This document shows, piece by piece, positions 1 through 8,951 of a DNA stretch of 64,000 bases. Numbering within the stretch: position 1 is the first letter of the stretch; the number at the start of each line of letters is the position of its first letter. This DNA comes from Atopostipes sp. (lineage in GTDB: Bacteria; Bacillota; Bacilli; Lactobacillales; Carnobacteriaceae_A). Position numbers and translations under genes: made by a program. The notes beneath the pieces are model-generated. The model ran no database searches. It worked only from the letters and a program-made list of their open reading frames with translations, and was not told the DNA's origin. The stretch covers positions 4,485 to 68,484 of the forward strand of contig DAIOTF010000001.1 in NCBI GenBank assembly GCA_036752165.1, written 5' to 3'.

Positions 1-2
1 AT

Positions 3-917
3 TTATATCCTGAAACGTTAGTAGATGAAGTAAAGAAAGCGTTTATGGATACTGCAGTTGAAATTGAAGTTTTGGATAAAGAGGATTTAATAAATTTAGG
101 AGCAAAAGCCCTTCTTGCTGTTTCTCAAGGTTCAGCAAAAGAACCACGTATGATTGTTTTAAAATATTTACCCCTTGGTGAAAACGAGCCCGTTGTTTCG
201 CTTGTTGGAAAAGGTGTGACTTATGATAGTGGAGGATATGCCTTAAAAACTGCTAAAGGTATGGCGACAATGATGACGGATATGGCCGGAGCTGCTTCGA
301 TGATAGGAGCATTGAAAGCTTTAGAAGCCAATAATATCCAACAAAACGTTGTAGCCATTATAGGAGCCACTGAAAACTTAATTTCAGGCGAAGCCTTCAA
401 AAACGGAGACATCATCGACTCCTTAAAAGGAACGACTATTGAAGTACTCAATACAGATGCTGAAGGGCGTTTAGTTTTAGCCGATATTCTTTATTATGCA
501 GCTACAAAATTAAACTCGAAATATATTATAGATGCAGCTACTCTTACAGGAGCCGTTATCGCTGCACTTGGACAAAATATTACGGGTGTTTTGACAAATA
601 ATCAAGAACTATTAAAAAAGGTAATTGAAGCTTCAAAATTGGTCGGAGAAGATATGTGGGAACTACCTATTTTAGATGAATTTAAAGAAGCGGTGAAAGG
701 AAATAATGCAGACTTGACGAATAGCCAGCCTAGTCCTACAGGTGCTGGAACTATCTTTGCTGCTGCATTTTTAGAACACTTTGTAGAAAATATTCCATGG
801 GTTCATTTAGATATTGCCGGCACCTCATATGCCAGTGGAAAAGGGAATAAGTATTTGCCTAAAGGAGCATCAGGCATTCCAGTAAAAACTCTTTATGAAT
901 TTGTAAAAAATCTTTAG
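3..917 (+). CDS. M17 family leucyl aminopeptidase, 5' part outside the window
   Basis: Frame stays open upstream of the tracked ATG (LYPETLVDEVKKAF...). M17 motifs GKGVTYDSGG, DMAGAA, NTDAEGRL, ATLTGA and WVHLDIAG. Confidence 0.93.
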   Translation, partial: LYPETLVDEVKKAFMDTAVEIEVLDKEDLINLGAKALLAVSQGSAKEPRMIVLKYLPLGENEPVVSLVGKGVTYDSGGYALKTAKGMATMMTDMAGAASMIGALKALEANNIQQNVVAIIGATENLISGEAFKNGDIIDSLKGTTIEVLNTDAEGRLVLADILYYAATKLNSKYIIDAATLTGAVIAALGQNITGVLTNNQELLKKVIEASKLVGEDMWELPILDEFKEAVKGNNADLTNSQPSPTGAGTIFAAAFLEHFVENIPWVHLDIAGTSYASGKGNKYLPKGASGIPVKTLYEFVKNL

Positions 918-966
918 AATTTAAAAATGCCGATTGAGAATAAAATCTCAACCGGCATTTTAAATT
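918..966. terminator. Bidirectional intrinsic terminator
   Basis: Inverted repeat AAAAATGCCGATTGAGA...TCTCAACCGGCATTTTT between convergent genes. Confidence 0.8.
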
Positions 967-984
967 TTAAGAATATCTTAGTAA

Positions 985-2442
985 TTATTCTTCTAATTTT
1001 TCAGCCCAACACGTTAAAGTCCCTGGTCCAACTTCAAAATTAGCAAAACCTTCTTCGTCAATAACAATTTCATTTGGATTATCTCCCGTTAGTTCGACAA
1101 ATGTTTTGCCGGCATGAACTTTTCCAACTTCCATCCGCAACTCATTCATGTCCCCTGTTGAAATCACAACAGCTAAAGTCCCAGGATGCTCATCATTTCC
1201 ATGTCGAACCCAGCCAATTAAATCTTCTGTCTCCATATAATCCGTTTGTTCTCCATAAGCATAGCGTTTACGAATATCAATCAACTGATCAATCATTTCT
1301 TTTTGACCTTCTATCGGATTATCCCCACCAAGTCCATAATAGTCGCCATAAAAGACACACGGGTAACCATCTTTTCGAAGTAAAATGAGCCCATATGCAA
1401 TTTTTTTGAACCAAGGTTGGACAAACGATTCTAAGGATTGTCCTGGTTGGCTATCATGGTTGTCGACAAACGTGACTGCTAACAGTGGGTGTTCTTGAAC
1501 AAGTGTATGATCAAAAATCTTACGCATATCAAAATTATCGATATCTTTTGAAGCTTGTTCCATATTATAATGGAGAACCACATCAAACAAATCCGTATTA
1601 TATTTCACTTCGTAGAGGTATTTACTTTTTGAGTCTGGATCATTTTGCCAGTATTCGCCAAAGAAATATAGGTCTTTATCGGATACTTCTTCTATATGTT
1701 TAATAAACTCTTCAATGAAACCATCTTCAATATGCTTTAAAGCATCAAATCGCATACCATCAATATCAACATGGTTGATGAACCATTCACCCCAGTGAAA
1801 CAAATCCGCTTTCACATCCGGATGTTTATGATCGATATCTGCAAACATTAAGTAGTCAAAGTTTCCTTTTTCATCCGAAACGCCTTCGCTCCAACTTTTA
1901 TTTTCGCCTAATATTTTAAATACGCCCGTCACATCTTCTTTTTGATCATAATCTGTTCCTGTAAAATGATTAAAATTCCATTCGAAATCAGAATATTTCC
2001 CTTCCCGTCCTGGAAAGTTAAAGCCTGTCCACCCTTCAATATCGTGTACGTCTGAAATTTCTTTCTCACGGTCATTTTCGTCTACTTGAATGGCTCGAAA
2101 AGTCTCTGTGAAATCAGCACCGGCTTTGTGGTTTAATACAACATCTGCATAAACTTGCATGTCATGTTTATGTATTTCATCAATTAACTCTCGAAGTTCT
2201 TCCAAAGTACCGTATTTGGTTCGAACATCCCCTTTTTGGTCAAATTCTCCTAAATCATAAATATCATAAACACCATAACCTACGTCATCCGTATTTGTCG
2301 CTTTAAACATTGGAGGGAGCCATATGGAGTTAAACCCTTTTTCTTTTAAGTCACTTACTTTTTGTTTTAAGTTGTTATAATAATTCCCATCATTAGGGAG
2401 ATACCATTCAAAAGCCTGCATCATTACATCATTCTCTGCCAT
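985..2442 (-). CDS. Cytoplasmic alpha-amylase (GH13, AmyA/AmyS-like)
   Basis: MMQAFEWY start, DVGYGVYDIYDLGEFDQKG, DVVLNH, GMRFDALKH, GEYW and FVDNHD conserved regions. No signal peptide. Confidence 0.93.
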   Translation of the reverse strand: MAENDVMMQAFEWYLPNDGNYYNNLKQKVSDLKEKGFNSIWLPPMFKATNTDDVGYGVYDIYDLGEFDQKGDVRTKYGTLEELRELIDEIHKHDMQVYADVVLNHKAGADFTETFRAIQVDENDREKEISDVHDIEGWTGFNFPGREGKYSDFEWNFNHFTGTDYDQKEDVTGVFKILGENKSWSEGVSDEKGNFDYLMFADIDHKHPDVKADLFHWGEWFINHVDIDGMRFDALKHIEDGFIEEFIKHIEEVSDKDLYFFGEYWQNDPDSKSKYLYEVKYNTDLFDVVLHYNMEQASKDIDNFDMRKIFDHTLVQEHPLLAVTFVDNHDSQPGQSLESFVQPWFKKIAYGLILLRKDGYPCVFYGDYYGLGGDNPIEGQKEMIDQLIDIRKRYAYGEQTDYMETEDLIGWVRHGNDEHPGTLAVVISTGDMNELRMEVGKVHAGKTFVELTGDNPNEIVIDEEGFANFEVGPGTLTCWAEKLEE

Positions 2443-2609
2443 GTTTACACTTCCTTTATATCTATAAGTTCTCTCATATTATACACTTCTTTCTCATGAA
2501 TGACACGATTTTACCTTGAAGCAACTTTTAAGCAAATGAATTGATAAAAAGTGAATGGATTGTTAAGTTGGTCATGTAAGATAAAAAATTCAAGGAGGAA
2601 CGATTCATT

Positions 2610-3122
2610 ATGGCAAAAGTTGCAACTGTTATGACCGATTTATTTGAAGATGTCGAATTTACATCTCCTAGAGATGCTCTCGTTAAAGCAGGACATGAAG
2701 TGGTTGTTATTGGTCCTGAGGCTGGAACAACGGTTACAGGTAAAAAAGAAGAAGCAACAGTAGAAGTCGATGTAGGTATTGATGATGCAAACCCGGATGA
2801 TTATGATGCATTACTCATACCTGGTGGTTTTTCACCCGATAGCTTACGTGCGGATGACCGATTTTTAGAATTCACTCGTCACTTCGCAAATGAGAAAAAA
2901 CATATTTTCTCTATCTGTCATGGACCACAATTACTTGTAAACGCGGATGTATTACGTGGAAAAGATGCCACAGCCGTTAAACAAGTCGGTGTGGACGTAA
3001 CAAACGCAGGTGGAAACTTTATCGACCAAGCCGTTGTGATTGATGATTCTGGTTTAATTTCAAGTCGAACACCAGATGATTTACCAGACTTTAATGATGC
3101 AATTGTGAATGCTTTGAACTAA
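2610..3122 (+). CDS. DJ-1/PfpI family protein (YfkM/YraA-like stress protein)
   Basis: FEDVE, LLIPGG, ICHG catalytic Cys and SRTPDDLPDF motifs. Strong RBS AAGGAGG. Confidence 0.9.
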   Translation: MAKVATVMTDLFEDVEFTSPRDALVKAGHEVVVIGPEAGTTVTGKKEEATVEVDVGIDDANPDDYDALLIPGGFSPDSLRADDRFLEFTRHFANEKKHIFSICHGPQLLVNADVLRGKDATAVKQVGVDVTNAGGNFIDQAVVIDDSGLISSRTPDDLPDFNDAIVNALN

Positions 3123-3134
3123 ACTTTTAGCAGT

Positions 3135-3172
3135 AAAAAACCATTGGGAATACGAATCCCAATGGTTTTTTT
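3135..3172. terminator. Bidirectional intrinsic terminator
   Basis: AAAAAACCATTGGGA-loop-TCCCAATGGTTTTTT between convergent pfpI-like gene and nadC. Confidence 0.85.
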
Positions 3173-3173
3173 A

Positions 3174-4043
3174 CTATAATGAATTTACCCGATTTGTAAT
3201 GGTGAAATTCTTCATGGATAAATCGATAATACCTGCTGAATGTGTAATTGCCCCACTCGAAATATAATCAATCCCTAATGTTTTAAACTGTGCAATATTT
3301 TCACTTGTCATATTTCCTGAAGCTTCAACTATCGCTCGACCATCGATAAAATCTATGGCTTTTTTCATCTGTTCAAAGTTCATGTTATCTAACATAATAA
3401 CGTCCGTTTTAGCTTCAACCGCTTCTTTTACCATTTTAAATGTCTCAGTTTCAACTTCAATTTTTTTAATAAATGGTGCTTGCGCCTGAGCTAGTTTAAT
3501 TGCTCGCCCTACACTCCCAGCTGCTTGAATATGATTGTCTTTTAACATAATCATATCCGACAAATTATATCGGTGATTGTAGCCGCCACCCACTCGAACT
3601 GCATATTTCTCCAATATACGAAGCCCTGGGGTAGTTTTACGCGTATCCATTAATCGAATGGAGCTTCCTTCTAATAACTTTACTATTTTATTGGTAGCTG
3701 TCGCAATTCCGCACATTCTTTGTAAAATATTTAGTGCTACACGCTCCCCCGTTAGTAATATTCCCGCATCTCCGCGAACTTGAGCAAGGACTTCACCTTC
3801 ATTAAATTGTTGTCCGTCTTCTTTATGCACATGAACTTGAACTTCCTTATCTAATAATTCAAAAACGCGTTTATAAACAGCCAAACCAGCCATAATACCG
3901 GATTGTTTTGCGATCAAATCTACAGTTGCTTTTTCGCCTCCAATCGTTACGACGTCGGTACTAATATCTCTATCCGTTACATCTTCGTCTAATGCACGAG
4001 AAATAATCGGATCAATCTTAAAATAAGGTAATTCAGACTTCAT
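3174..4043 (-). CDS. nadC: Quinolinate phosphoribosyltransferase (carboxylating nicotinate-nucleotide diphosphorylase)
   Basis: ERVALN, DTRKTTPGLR, NHRYNLSD, MLKDNH, EVETE, IMLDN and EASG motifs. Confidence 0.93.
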   Translation of the reverse strand: MKSELPYFKIDPIISRALDEDVTDRDISTDVVTIGGEKATVDLIAKQSGIMAGLAVYKRVFELLDKEVQVHVHKEDGQQFNEGEVLAQVRGDAGILLTGERVALNILQRMCGIATATNKIVKLLEGSSIRLMDTRKTTPGLRILEKYAVRVGGGYNHRYNLSDMIMLKDNHIQAAGSVGRAIKLAQAQAPFIKKIEVETETFKMVKEAVEAKTDVIMLDNMNFEQMKKAIDFIDGRAIVEASGNMTSENIAQFKTLGIDYISSGAITHSAGIIDLSMKNFTITNRVNSL

Positions 4044-4066
4044 TCACCATTCTCCTTTATATTCAA

Positions 4067-4621
4067 CTATCGAAAATCACACTCTAAATCATGATCATTA
4101 ATAATCCCTATGGCTTGTAAATAAGAATAAATCGTTACCGAACCTATGAATTTAAAACCTCTTTTTTTTAACTCCGCCGTTACTTTATCACTCAAATGAC
4201 TTTTTGTAAGGTTCTGATTTACCTCAGCGACTACTTGTTGATTGTCTGTAAATGCCCATATAAAGTCAGAAAATTTTCCATATTCATCCTGGATTTTCAT
4301 AAATTGCTTTGCGTTATGAATCGTCGCTTCAATTTTTTTACGGTATCGGATAATATTTTTGTTTTCCATGAGTGTTTGGATATCTTCTTCACTATATTTA
4401 GCTACTTTTTCATAATCAAAGTTATCAAAAGCTCCCATAAAATGTTTATACTTAGACAAAACTAATTGCCATGACAGACCAACATGAAATATTTCTAGAC
4501 TTAACCATTTAAAAAGTTCTTGATCATCATAAACAGGTATCCCCCAGATTTCATCATGGTATTTTACATAATAGTCTGGTTTGCCTTGTATCCATTCACA
4601 ACGTGTTTTTAGATTTTCCAT
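4067..4621 (-). CDS. tag: DNA-3-methyladenine glycosylase I
   Basis: RCEW...YHDEIWG, GLSW, IIR.RKKIEA, LKKRGFKFIG and QAIGIINDH..C motifs. Confidence 0.92.
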   Translation of the reverse strand: MENLKTRCEWIQGKPDYYVKYHDEIWGIPVYDDQELFKWLSLEIFHVGLSWQLVLSKYKHFMGAFDNFDYEKVAKYSEEDIQTLMENKNIIRYRKKIEATIHNAKQFMKIQDEYGKFSDFIWAFTDNQQVVAEVNQNLTKSHLSDKVTAELKKRGFKFIGSVTIYSYLQAIGIINDHDLECDFR

Positions 4622-4638
4622 TCCTACATCTACTCCGT

Positions 4639-6141
4639 TTACTCATCTACAATGTTTTTGAAATTTAATTTTCTTAAAATGGGTGTTTTTTTATATTGAA
4701 TCGGTTCCATTCGCTCAATGATTTGATTCAACATTGCCACGCCATCTAAAATATGATCCCCTTTATTTAACATGACACAGTCTGCACGTGTCCCTTCTGC
4801 AGCATCCGTTACTTCTGAACGTGTCGGAATCCCTTCGCTGACAAGTGTATCTAATACTTCCGTTGCCCATACAACTGGAATATCACCAGCTTCAGTAATC
4901 CATAAGATTTCATGCTGGAGGGCTGCTAAATCAATATACCCACTTTCAGCTGCTAAGTCGCCGCGTGCAATCATGACACTAAAAGGATTTTTGCTTGCTG
5001 CGGTATAAATCATTTCCGGCAGATTTTTAGTGGCTCGAACCGTTTCAATTTTTGCCATGAGCCCCATGTGTTTCGCATCTTTACCTAATACTTTTTCTAT
5101 TTCCTCTTGGATTAATTGAATATCTCGTCCACGATTAACAAATGAACACCCAATAATATCTGCATGTTGACAAGCAAAGGCAATATCATTTTTATCTTTT
5201 TCATCCAGTGAATCAAACGTAAAATTATTTTTAGGGAAGTTTAAACCCTTTTCTGCTTTGACACGTTTACTTGATCCTTTAGTTTTTAAAACTTCTAAAA
5301 TAAATTCATTTTCTTTTTTGTCGACTACCTTTGCTTCAATATTCCCATCATCAAATAGTACGGGTTGTTCCAATTCGATTTGTTCATAAATTTCGTTAAT
5401 TTTACAACCGGCTGAAAAATTAACATCTGAAGGTGGTAAACTTTCATAATCGCGAGTAATTCGAATTTTGTCCCCAGCACTGACCTTTGGTTTACTTAGA
5501 TGTGTGAATACCCAATCTGTTCGAATTTTAGGACCGGCGATGTCCATTAATATTCGTACATCTTGTTTTAATTTTTCTGATGCTTTACGAATATTTTTAA
5601 TCATTTTTAACCAATCTTTAGGCGTATTATGTGCGCAATTGATTCTTGCCACATTCATCCCTTCTTTGATTAAATCATAGGTAAATTCCGGGTCATTAAT
5701 GGCTTCATTGGACATGGTTACCATGATACGAGTCGTTCGATTGTCTGGTTTCTTTCCAAAAATTTTCTTTGTGTTCTTCTGTAACCTGCGTCGTCCCACA
5801 TCAAATTCATCCGGTTCGGGATGTTCATGAATAATTTCATTATTAACAACATCATGTAAGGTCGCAATCACAGCATCTATAGTGACAAGAGTTTTAGATT
5901 CTAGACGTCCTAATGAAGATAATCCCCACGGAATCAAGTCTGTTTGTATTTGATTAATATCACGGTTTCTTAAGGCTAAATAATAACTTAAATTTTCTGC
6001 ACTTTCTTTAAAAGCTTTTCTCTCAATTTGATCTTCCCAATGAGAAAAAATCTGTTGGCCTTCTTCTTTTATTTCATCTCTTAATTGTATAAGATCCGAT
6101 AATAATACTTTAGGATCATTAATTTTATATTCTTTATCCAT
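4639..6141 (-). CDS. Atypical pyruvate kinase-family protein (long N-terminal extension, no C-terminal allosteric domain)
   Basis: PK barrel motifs MNVARINCAH, DIAGPKIR, AKIET, MIARGDL, PTRSEVTDA and DCVML. The protein ends about 40 aa after DCVML. Confidence 0.85.
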   Translation of the reverse strand: MDKEYKINDPKVLLSDLIQLRDEIKEEGQQIFSHWEDQIERKAFKESAENLSYYLALRNRDINQIQTDLIPWGLSSLGRLESKTLVTIDAVIATLHDVVNNEIIHEHPEPDEFDVGRRRLQKNTKKIFGKKPDNRTTRIMVTMSNEAINDPEFTYDLIKEGMNVARINCAHNTPKDWLKMIKNIRKASEKLKQDVRILMDIAGPKIRTDWVFTHLSKPKVSAGDKIRITRDYESLPPSDVNFSAGCKINEIYEQIELEQPVLFDDGNIEAKVVDKKENEFILEVLKTKGSSKRVKAEKGLNFPKNNFTFDSLDEKDKNDIAFACQHADIIGCSFVNRGRDIQLIQEEIEKVLGKDAKHMGLMAKIETVRATKNLPEMIYTAASKNPFSVMIARGDLAAESGYIDLAALQHEILWITEAGDIPVVWATEVLDTLVSEGIPTRSEVTDAAEGTRADCVMLNKGDHILDGVAMLNQIIERMEPIQYKKTPILRKLNFKNIVDE

Positions 6142-6230
6142 TTACTTTACACCCCTCATTGGTCATTTTTTAACTCTTCTTATTGGTCCAATTATAGCAA
6201 ATATTAAAAAAAGTTCGTGTAATAAGACTT

Positions 6231-6274
6231 AAAAGAACCTACTATTGAGATATTTCTCAGTAGTAGGTTCTTTT
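6231..6274. terminator. Intrinsic terminator after the 162-aa hypothetical gene
   Basis: AAAAGAACCTACTATTGAGA / TCTCAGTAGTAGGTTCTTTT inverted repeat. Confidence 0.8.
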
Positions 6275-6289
6275 ATTTGTTTTAAACTA

Positions 6290-6778
6290 TTAGTCTAAGC
6301 GAGTGGATAAATCTAGACCGTTAAGTTCAGCTAATTCATTCATGACAAGTTTTAGAATATTTCCACCATGAATAAATACATTCACAGCTGGAATTGGATC
6401 TTGCCCCATAATACCTAAATGACGCAGTGATAACTCACCATCCGGACTTACAATAAAGTGATAATAACCTGATTTCATAGAGTTTAACTCATTTAGTTTT
6501 TCTAAAATCGTTGGCAACTCATTACGATCTGTAACAAATCCTATTCGGTTATAATTCATTTGATAATTCACGTATTCTAACTCATCCGTTTCGTGAATAA
6601 CTACTGCGCAAGGGACAACTTTATCTTGGCTAATTTGTAACGCTGTTTGTAAAACATTTTGTTTCGTTACAATATCATTGCCCTGTCGATCCTTTGCAGG
6701 TCTTTCAATAATTTTACCGTTAAATTTAACCTTTTTGCTTTCTGCTTCCTTTAAAAAATTATCTGTAATTACACTCAT
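6290..6778 (-). CDS. Hypothetical protein, possibly YbjN/T3SS-chaperone-like fold
   Basis: 162-aa ORF with GGAGG RBS and its own terminator. ILEKLNELNS...FIVSPDGELSL resembles YbjN-like proteins (weak). Confidence 0.65.
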   Translation of the reverse strand: MSVITDNFLKEAESKKVKFNGKIIERPAKDRQGNDIVTKQNVLQTALQISQDKVVPCAVVIHETDELEYVNYQMNYNRIGFVTDRNELPTILEKLNELNSMKSGYYHFIVSPDGELSLRHLGIMGQDPIPAVNVFIHGGNILKLVMNELAELNGLDLSTRLD

Positions 6779-6859
6779 AGTTAGCCTCCAATAATTAATG
6801 TATTCTTAGTATAACGAAAAATACTTTGAAATGAAAACATTTAACGAAGATGCCAAAAT

Positions 6860-6890
6860 AAAAAAGCCCTCGTTTATAACGAGAGCTTTT
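6860..6890 (-). terminator. rplS terminator
   Basis: Hairpin AAAAAGCCCTCGTT-TAT-AACGAGAGCTTTT; the A-tract reads as a U-tract on the minus strand. Confidence 0.75.
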
Positions 6891-6902
6891 CTTATGGAAT
6901 GA

Positions 6903-7256
6903 TTATTTGCGTGTAATACGCTCAGAAATACGTGCAGCACGACCTTGACGGTTACGAATATAGTATAATTTCGCACGACGTACTCGACCACGACGTGTAA
7001 CATCAATTTTAGCAACACGTGGCGAGTGTACAGGGAAAGTACGCTCTACACCTACTCCATTAGAAATTTTACGAACTGTGTAAGACTCACTTACGCCAGA
7101 TCCACGACGTTTGATGACAAGACCTTCAAATAGCTGAATACGTTCGCGGTCTCCTTCAACAATACGTGCATGAACTGTTACAGTATCTCCAGCTCTAAAA
7201 TCTGGAATATCATTACGTAAATGTTCTTGTGTAATTTCTTGAATTAATGGATTCAT
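6903..7256 (-). CDS. rplS: 50S ribosomal protein L19
   Basis: MNPLIQEIT...PDFRAGDTV...RERIQLFEG...GVGVERTFP...VRRAKLYY. Start moved to the ATG at 7256, which follows a GAGGAG RBS. Confidence 0.97.
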   Translation of the reverse strand: MNPLIQEITQEHLRNDIPDFRAGDTVTVHARIVEGDRERIQLFEGLVIKRRGSGVSESYTVRKISNGVGVERTFPVHSPRVAKIDVTRRGRVRRAKLYYIRNRQGRAARISERITRK

Positions 7257-7276
7257 TTTATCTACTCCTCTCACGC

Positions 7277-7315
7277 ACAACATTCATAGGTGCATAGGTC
7301 CCAGCGGAACATTGC
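7277..7315 (-). ncRNA. L19 leader (ribosomal protein autoregulatory RNA)
   Basis: The minus strand reads CAAUGUUCCGCUG...UAUGAAUGUUG just upstream of the rplS RBS. UGUUCCGCUG is the core I recall for the Firmicute L19 leader. Confidence 0.75.
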
Positions 7316-7346
7316 ATGATTGAGTGGATTTCCCACTCGACAATTA

Positions 7347-7375
7347 ATATTAGCATACTAATTAAACACTGTAAA
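7347..7375 (-). promoter_or_regulatory. SigA promoter of rplS
   Basis: TTTACA-17 nt-TAATAT with a TG extension. Confidence 0.65.
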
Positions 7376-7408
7376 GGACTTTTTAAAATTCTTTAATTTT
7401 TTTCCTTG

Positions 7409-8317
7409 TTATTTGGGAATGCGTAAAATTTCTAAGTTTTTCTCAAATATTTCTGGTAATTCTGCTTCAAAATGCATTGTTTCTTTCGTTCTTGGGTGGA
7501 TAAATTCTAAGGCACGCGCATGTAAAAATTGCCCCTTACCTTTCAAGGTTTTACGTGGTCCATAAGTTGCATCACCTGCTACTGGATGATTGATATAATT
7601 AAAATGAACTCGAATTTGATGGGTCCGTCCTGTTTCTAAAGAAACTTCTACCCATGTATAATGATTAAAATGTTCCAACACTTTAAAGTGAGTGATTGCT
7701 TCTTTTCCGTCTTTGATTACTGTAAATTTTTGACGGTCGTGTGGATCTCTTCCAATTGGTGCATCAATGGTGCCATGTTCATGAGGAATTTGACCGTGAA
7801 CAATTGCCCAATAAGTCCTCTTTACTGTTCGATTTTGTAATTGCTCAGATAAATGTACATGCGCTGTATCATTTTTAGCAACGACTAAAACGCCAGAAGT
7901 GTCTTTATCCAATCGATGGACAATTCCCGGTCTAATTTCTCCATTAATTCCGGATAAATCATCGATATGGTAAAGTAAAGCATTGACTAATGTCCCATCC
8001 GGATTCCCTGCTCCTGGATGAACCACCATTCCTTGTGGTTTATTTATCACCACAATATCTTCATCTTCATAGAGGATATCAAGTGGAATATTCTCACTTT
8101 TTATATCGATTTCTTCTGGTTCCGGAATCGTCACAGTAATAACGTCACCATTTTCCACTTTGTAATTTGCTTTAATTCTTTCATCATTCACAAAAACCAG
8201 GCCCTCGGAAATTAACTGTTGTACTTTCGACCGCGAAAAATCTTCTAATTGTTTCGTCAAGTATTTATCAATTCGAATACTTTTTTGTTCTTCGACTTTA
8301 AAATTCTTTTGTTCCAT
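7409..8317 (-). CDS. rluD: RluA/RluD family 23S rRNA pseudouridine synthase
   Basis: N-terminal S4 domain, NKPQGMVVHP, RPGIVHRLDKDTSG and LETGRTHQIRVH. Follows lspA; start set to the ATG at 8317. Confidence 0.9.
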   Translation of the reverse strand: MEQKNFKVEEQKSIRIDKYLTKQLEDFSRSKVQQLISEGLVFVNDERIKANYKVENGDVITVTIPEPEEIDIKSENIPLDILYEDEDIVVINKPQGMVVHPGAGNPDGTLVNALLYHIDDLSGINGEIRPGIVHRLDKDTSGVLVVAKNDTAHVHLSEQLQNRTVKRTYWAIVHGQIPHEHGTIDAPIGRDPHDRQKFTVIKDGKEAITHFKVLEHFNHYTWVEVSLETGRTHQIRVHFNYINHPVAGDATYGPRKTLKGKGQFLHARALEFIHPRTKETMHFEAELPEIFEKNLEILRIPK

Positions 8318-8321
8318 CACA

Positions 8322-8774
8322 CTAAACACCTTTTCTCTCTTGATAAAATGTATAAATAAATAATAAGATTACTCCTACGGTTAAGTACGAATCCGCTACG
8401 TTAAATATGGCAAAATCTATAAACTCTAGTTTAATCATATCCACTACATATTGAAGCATTAAACGGTCAATAAAATTTCCAATTGCCCCAGCTAAAATAA
8501 AGGAAAGTAGTATACCTAACATCCGATCCTTTTTAGCTTCTGTATACATGTAATAGATGAGCACACCAATAACAATTATTGTCACAATATAGAAAAACCA
8601 CATTTGTCCTTCTAAAATGCTAAATGCTGCACCTGTATTTCGAATATACGTCAAAGAGACGATATTTGGAATAAATTCGATCACCTGACCGAGTTCAATA
8701 TTTTGGACAGTTAAATACTTAGTGACTTGATCAATGATTACGAGGATAATCGTCAATGTCAAATTAAAAATCAT
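8322..8774 (-). CDS. lspA: Lipoprotein signal peptidase II
   Basis: DQVTK, NTGAAFS, GAIGNFIDR, VVD and FNVADS motifs. Confidence 0.96.
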   Translation of the reverse strand: MIFNLTLTIILVIIDQVTKYLTVQNIELGQVIEFIPNIVSLTYIRNTGAAFSILEGQMWFFYIVTIIVIGVLIYYMYTEAKKDRMLGILLSFILAGAIGNFIDRLMLQYVVDMIKLEFIDFAIFNVADSYLTVGVILLFIYTFYQERKGV

Positions 8775-8951
8775 TTTTTCACTCTTTTCTCTCTTTCATT
8801 TCCATAGCATATATTACCACAAAAAGTTTCAAGCAATTACATGAATAATTGAATAAGGAAAACCTTGGGCTTTTACTCTTTCTTCATGTATAATGAATCA
8901 CTGTAAGAATAAATGTTAGAGTAAATTTATAAATATTGGAGTAGATGTTAA

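Noticed and set aside
918..7340. Recurrent TTGAGA/TCTCA or TTGGGA/TCCCAA cores in several hairpins
   Set aside because: Too short and irregularly spaced to call a repeat family or CRISPR array; most are ordinary terminators.
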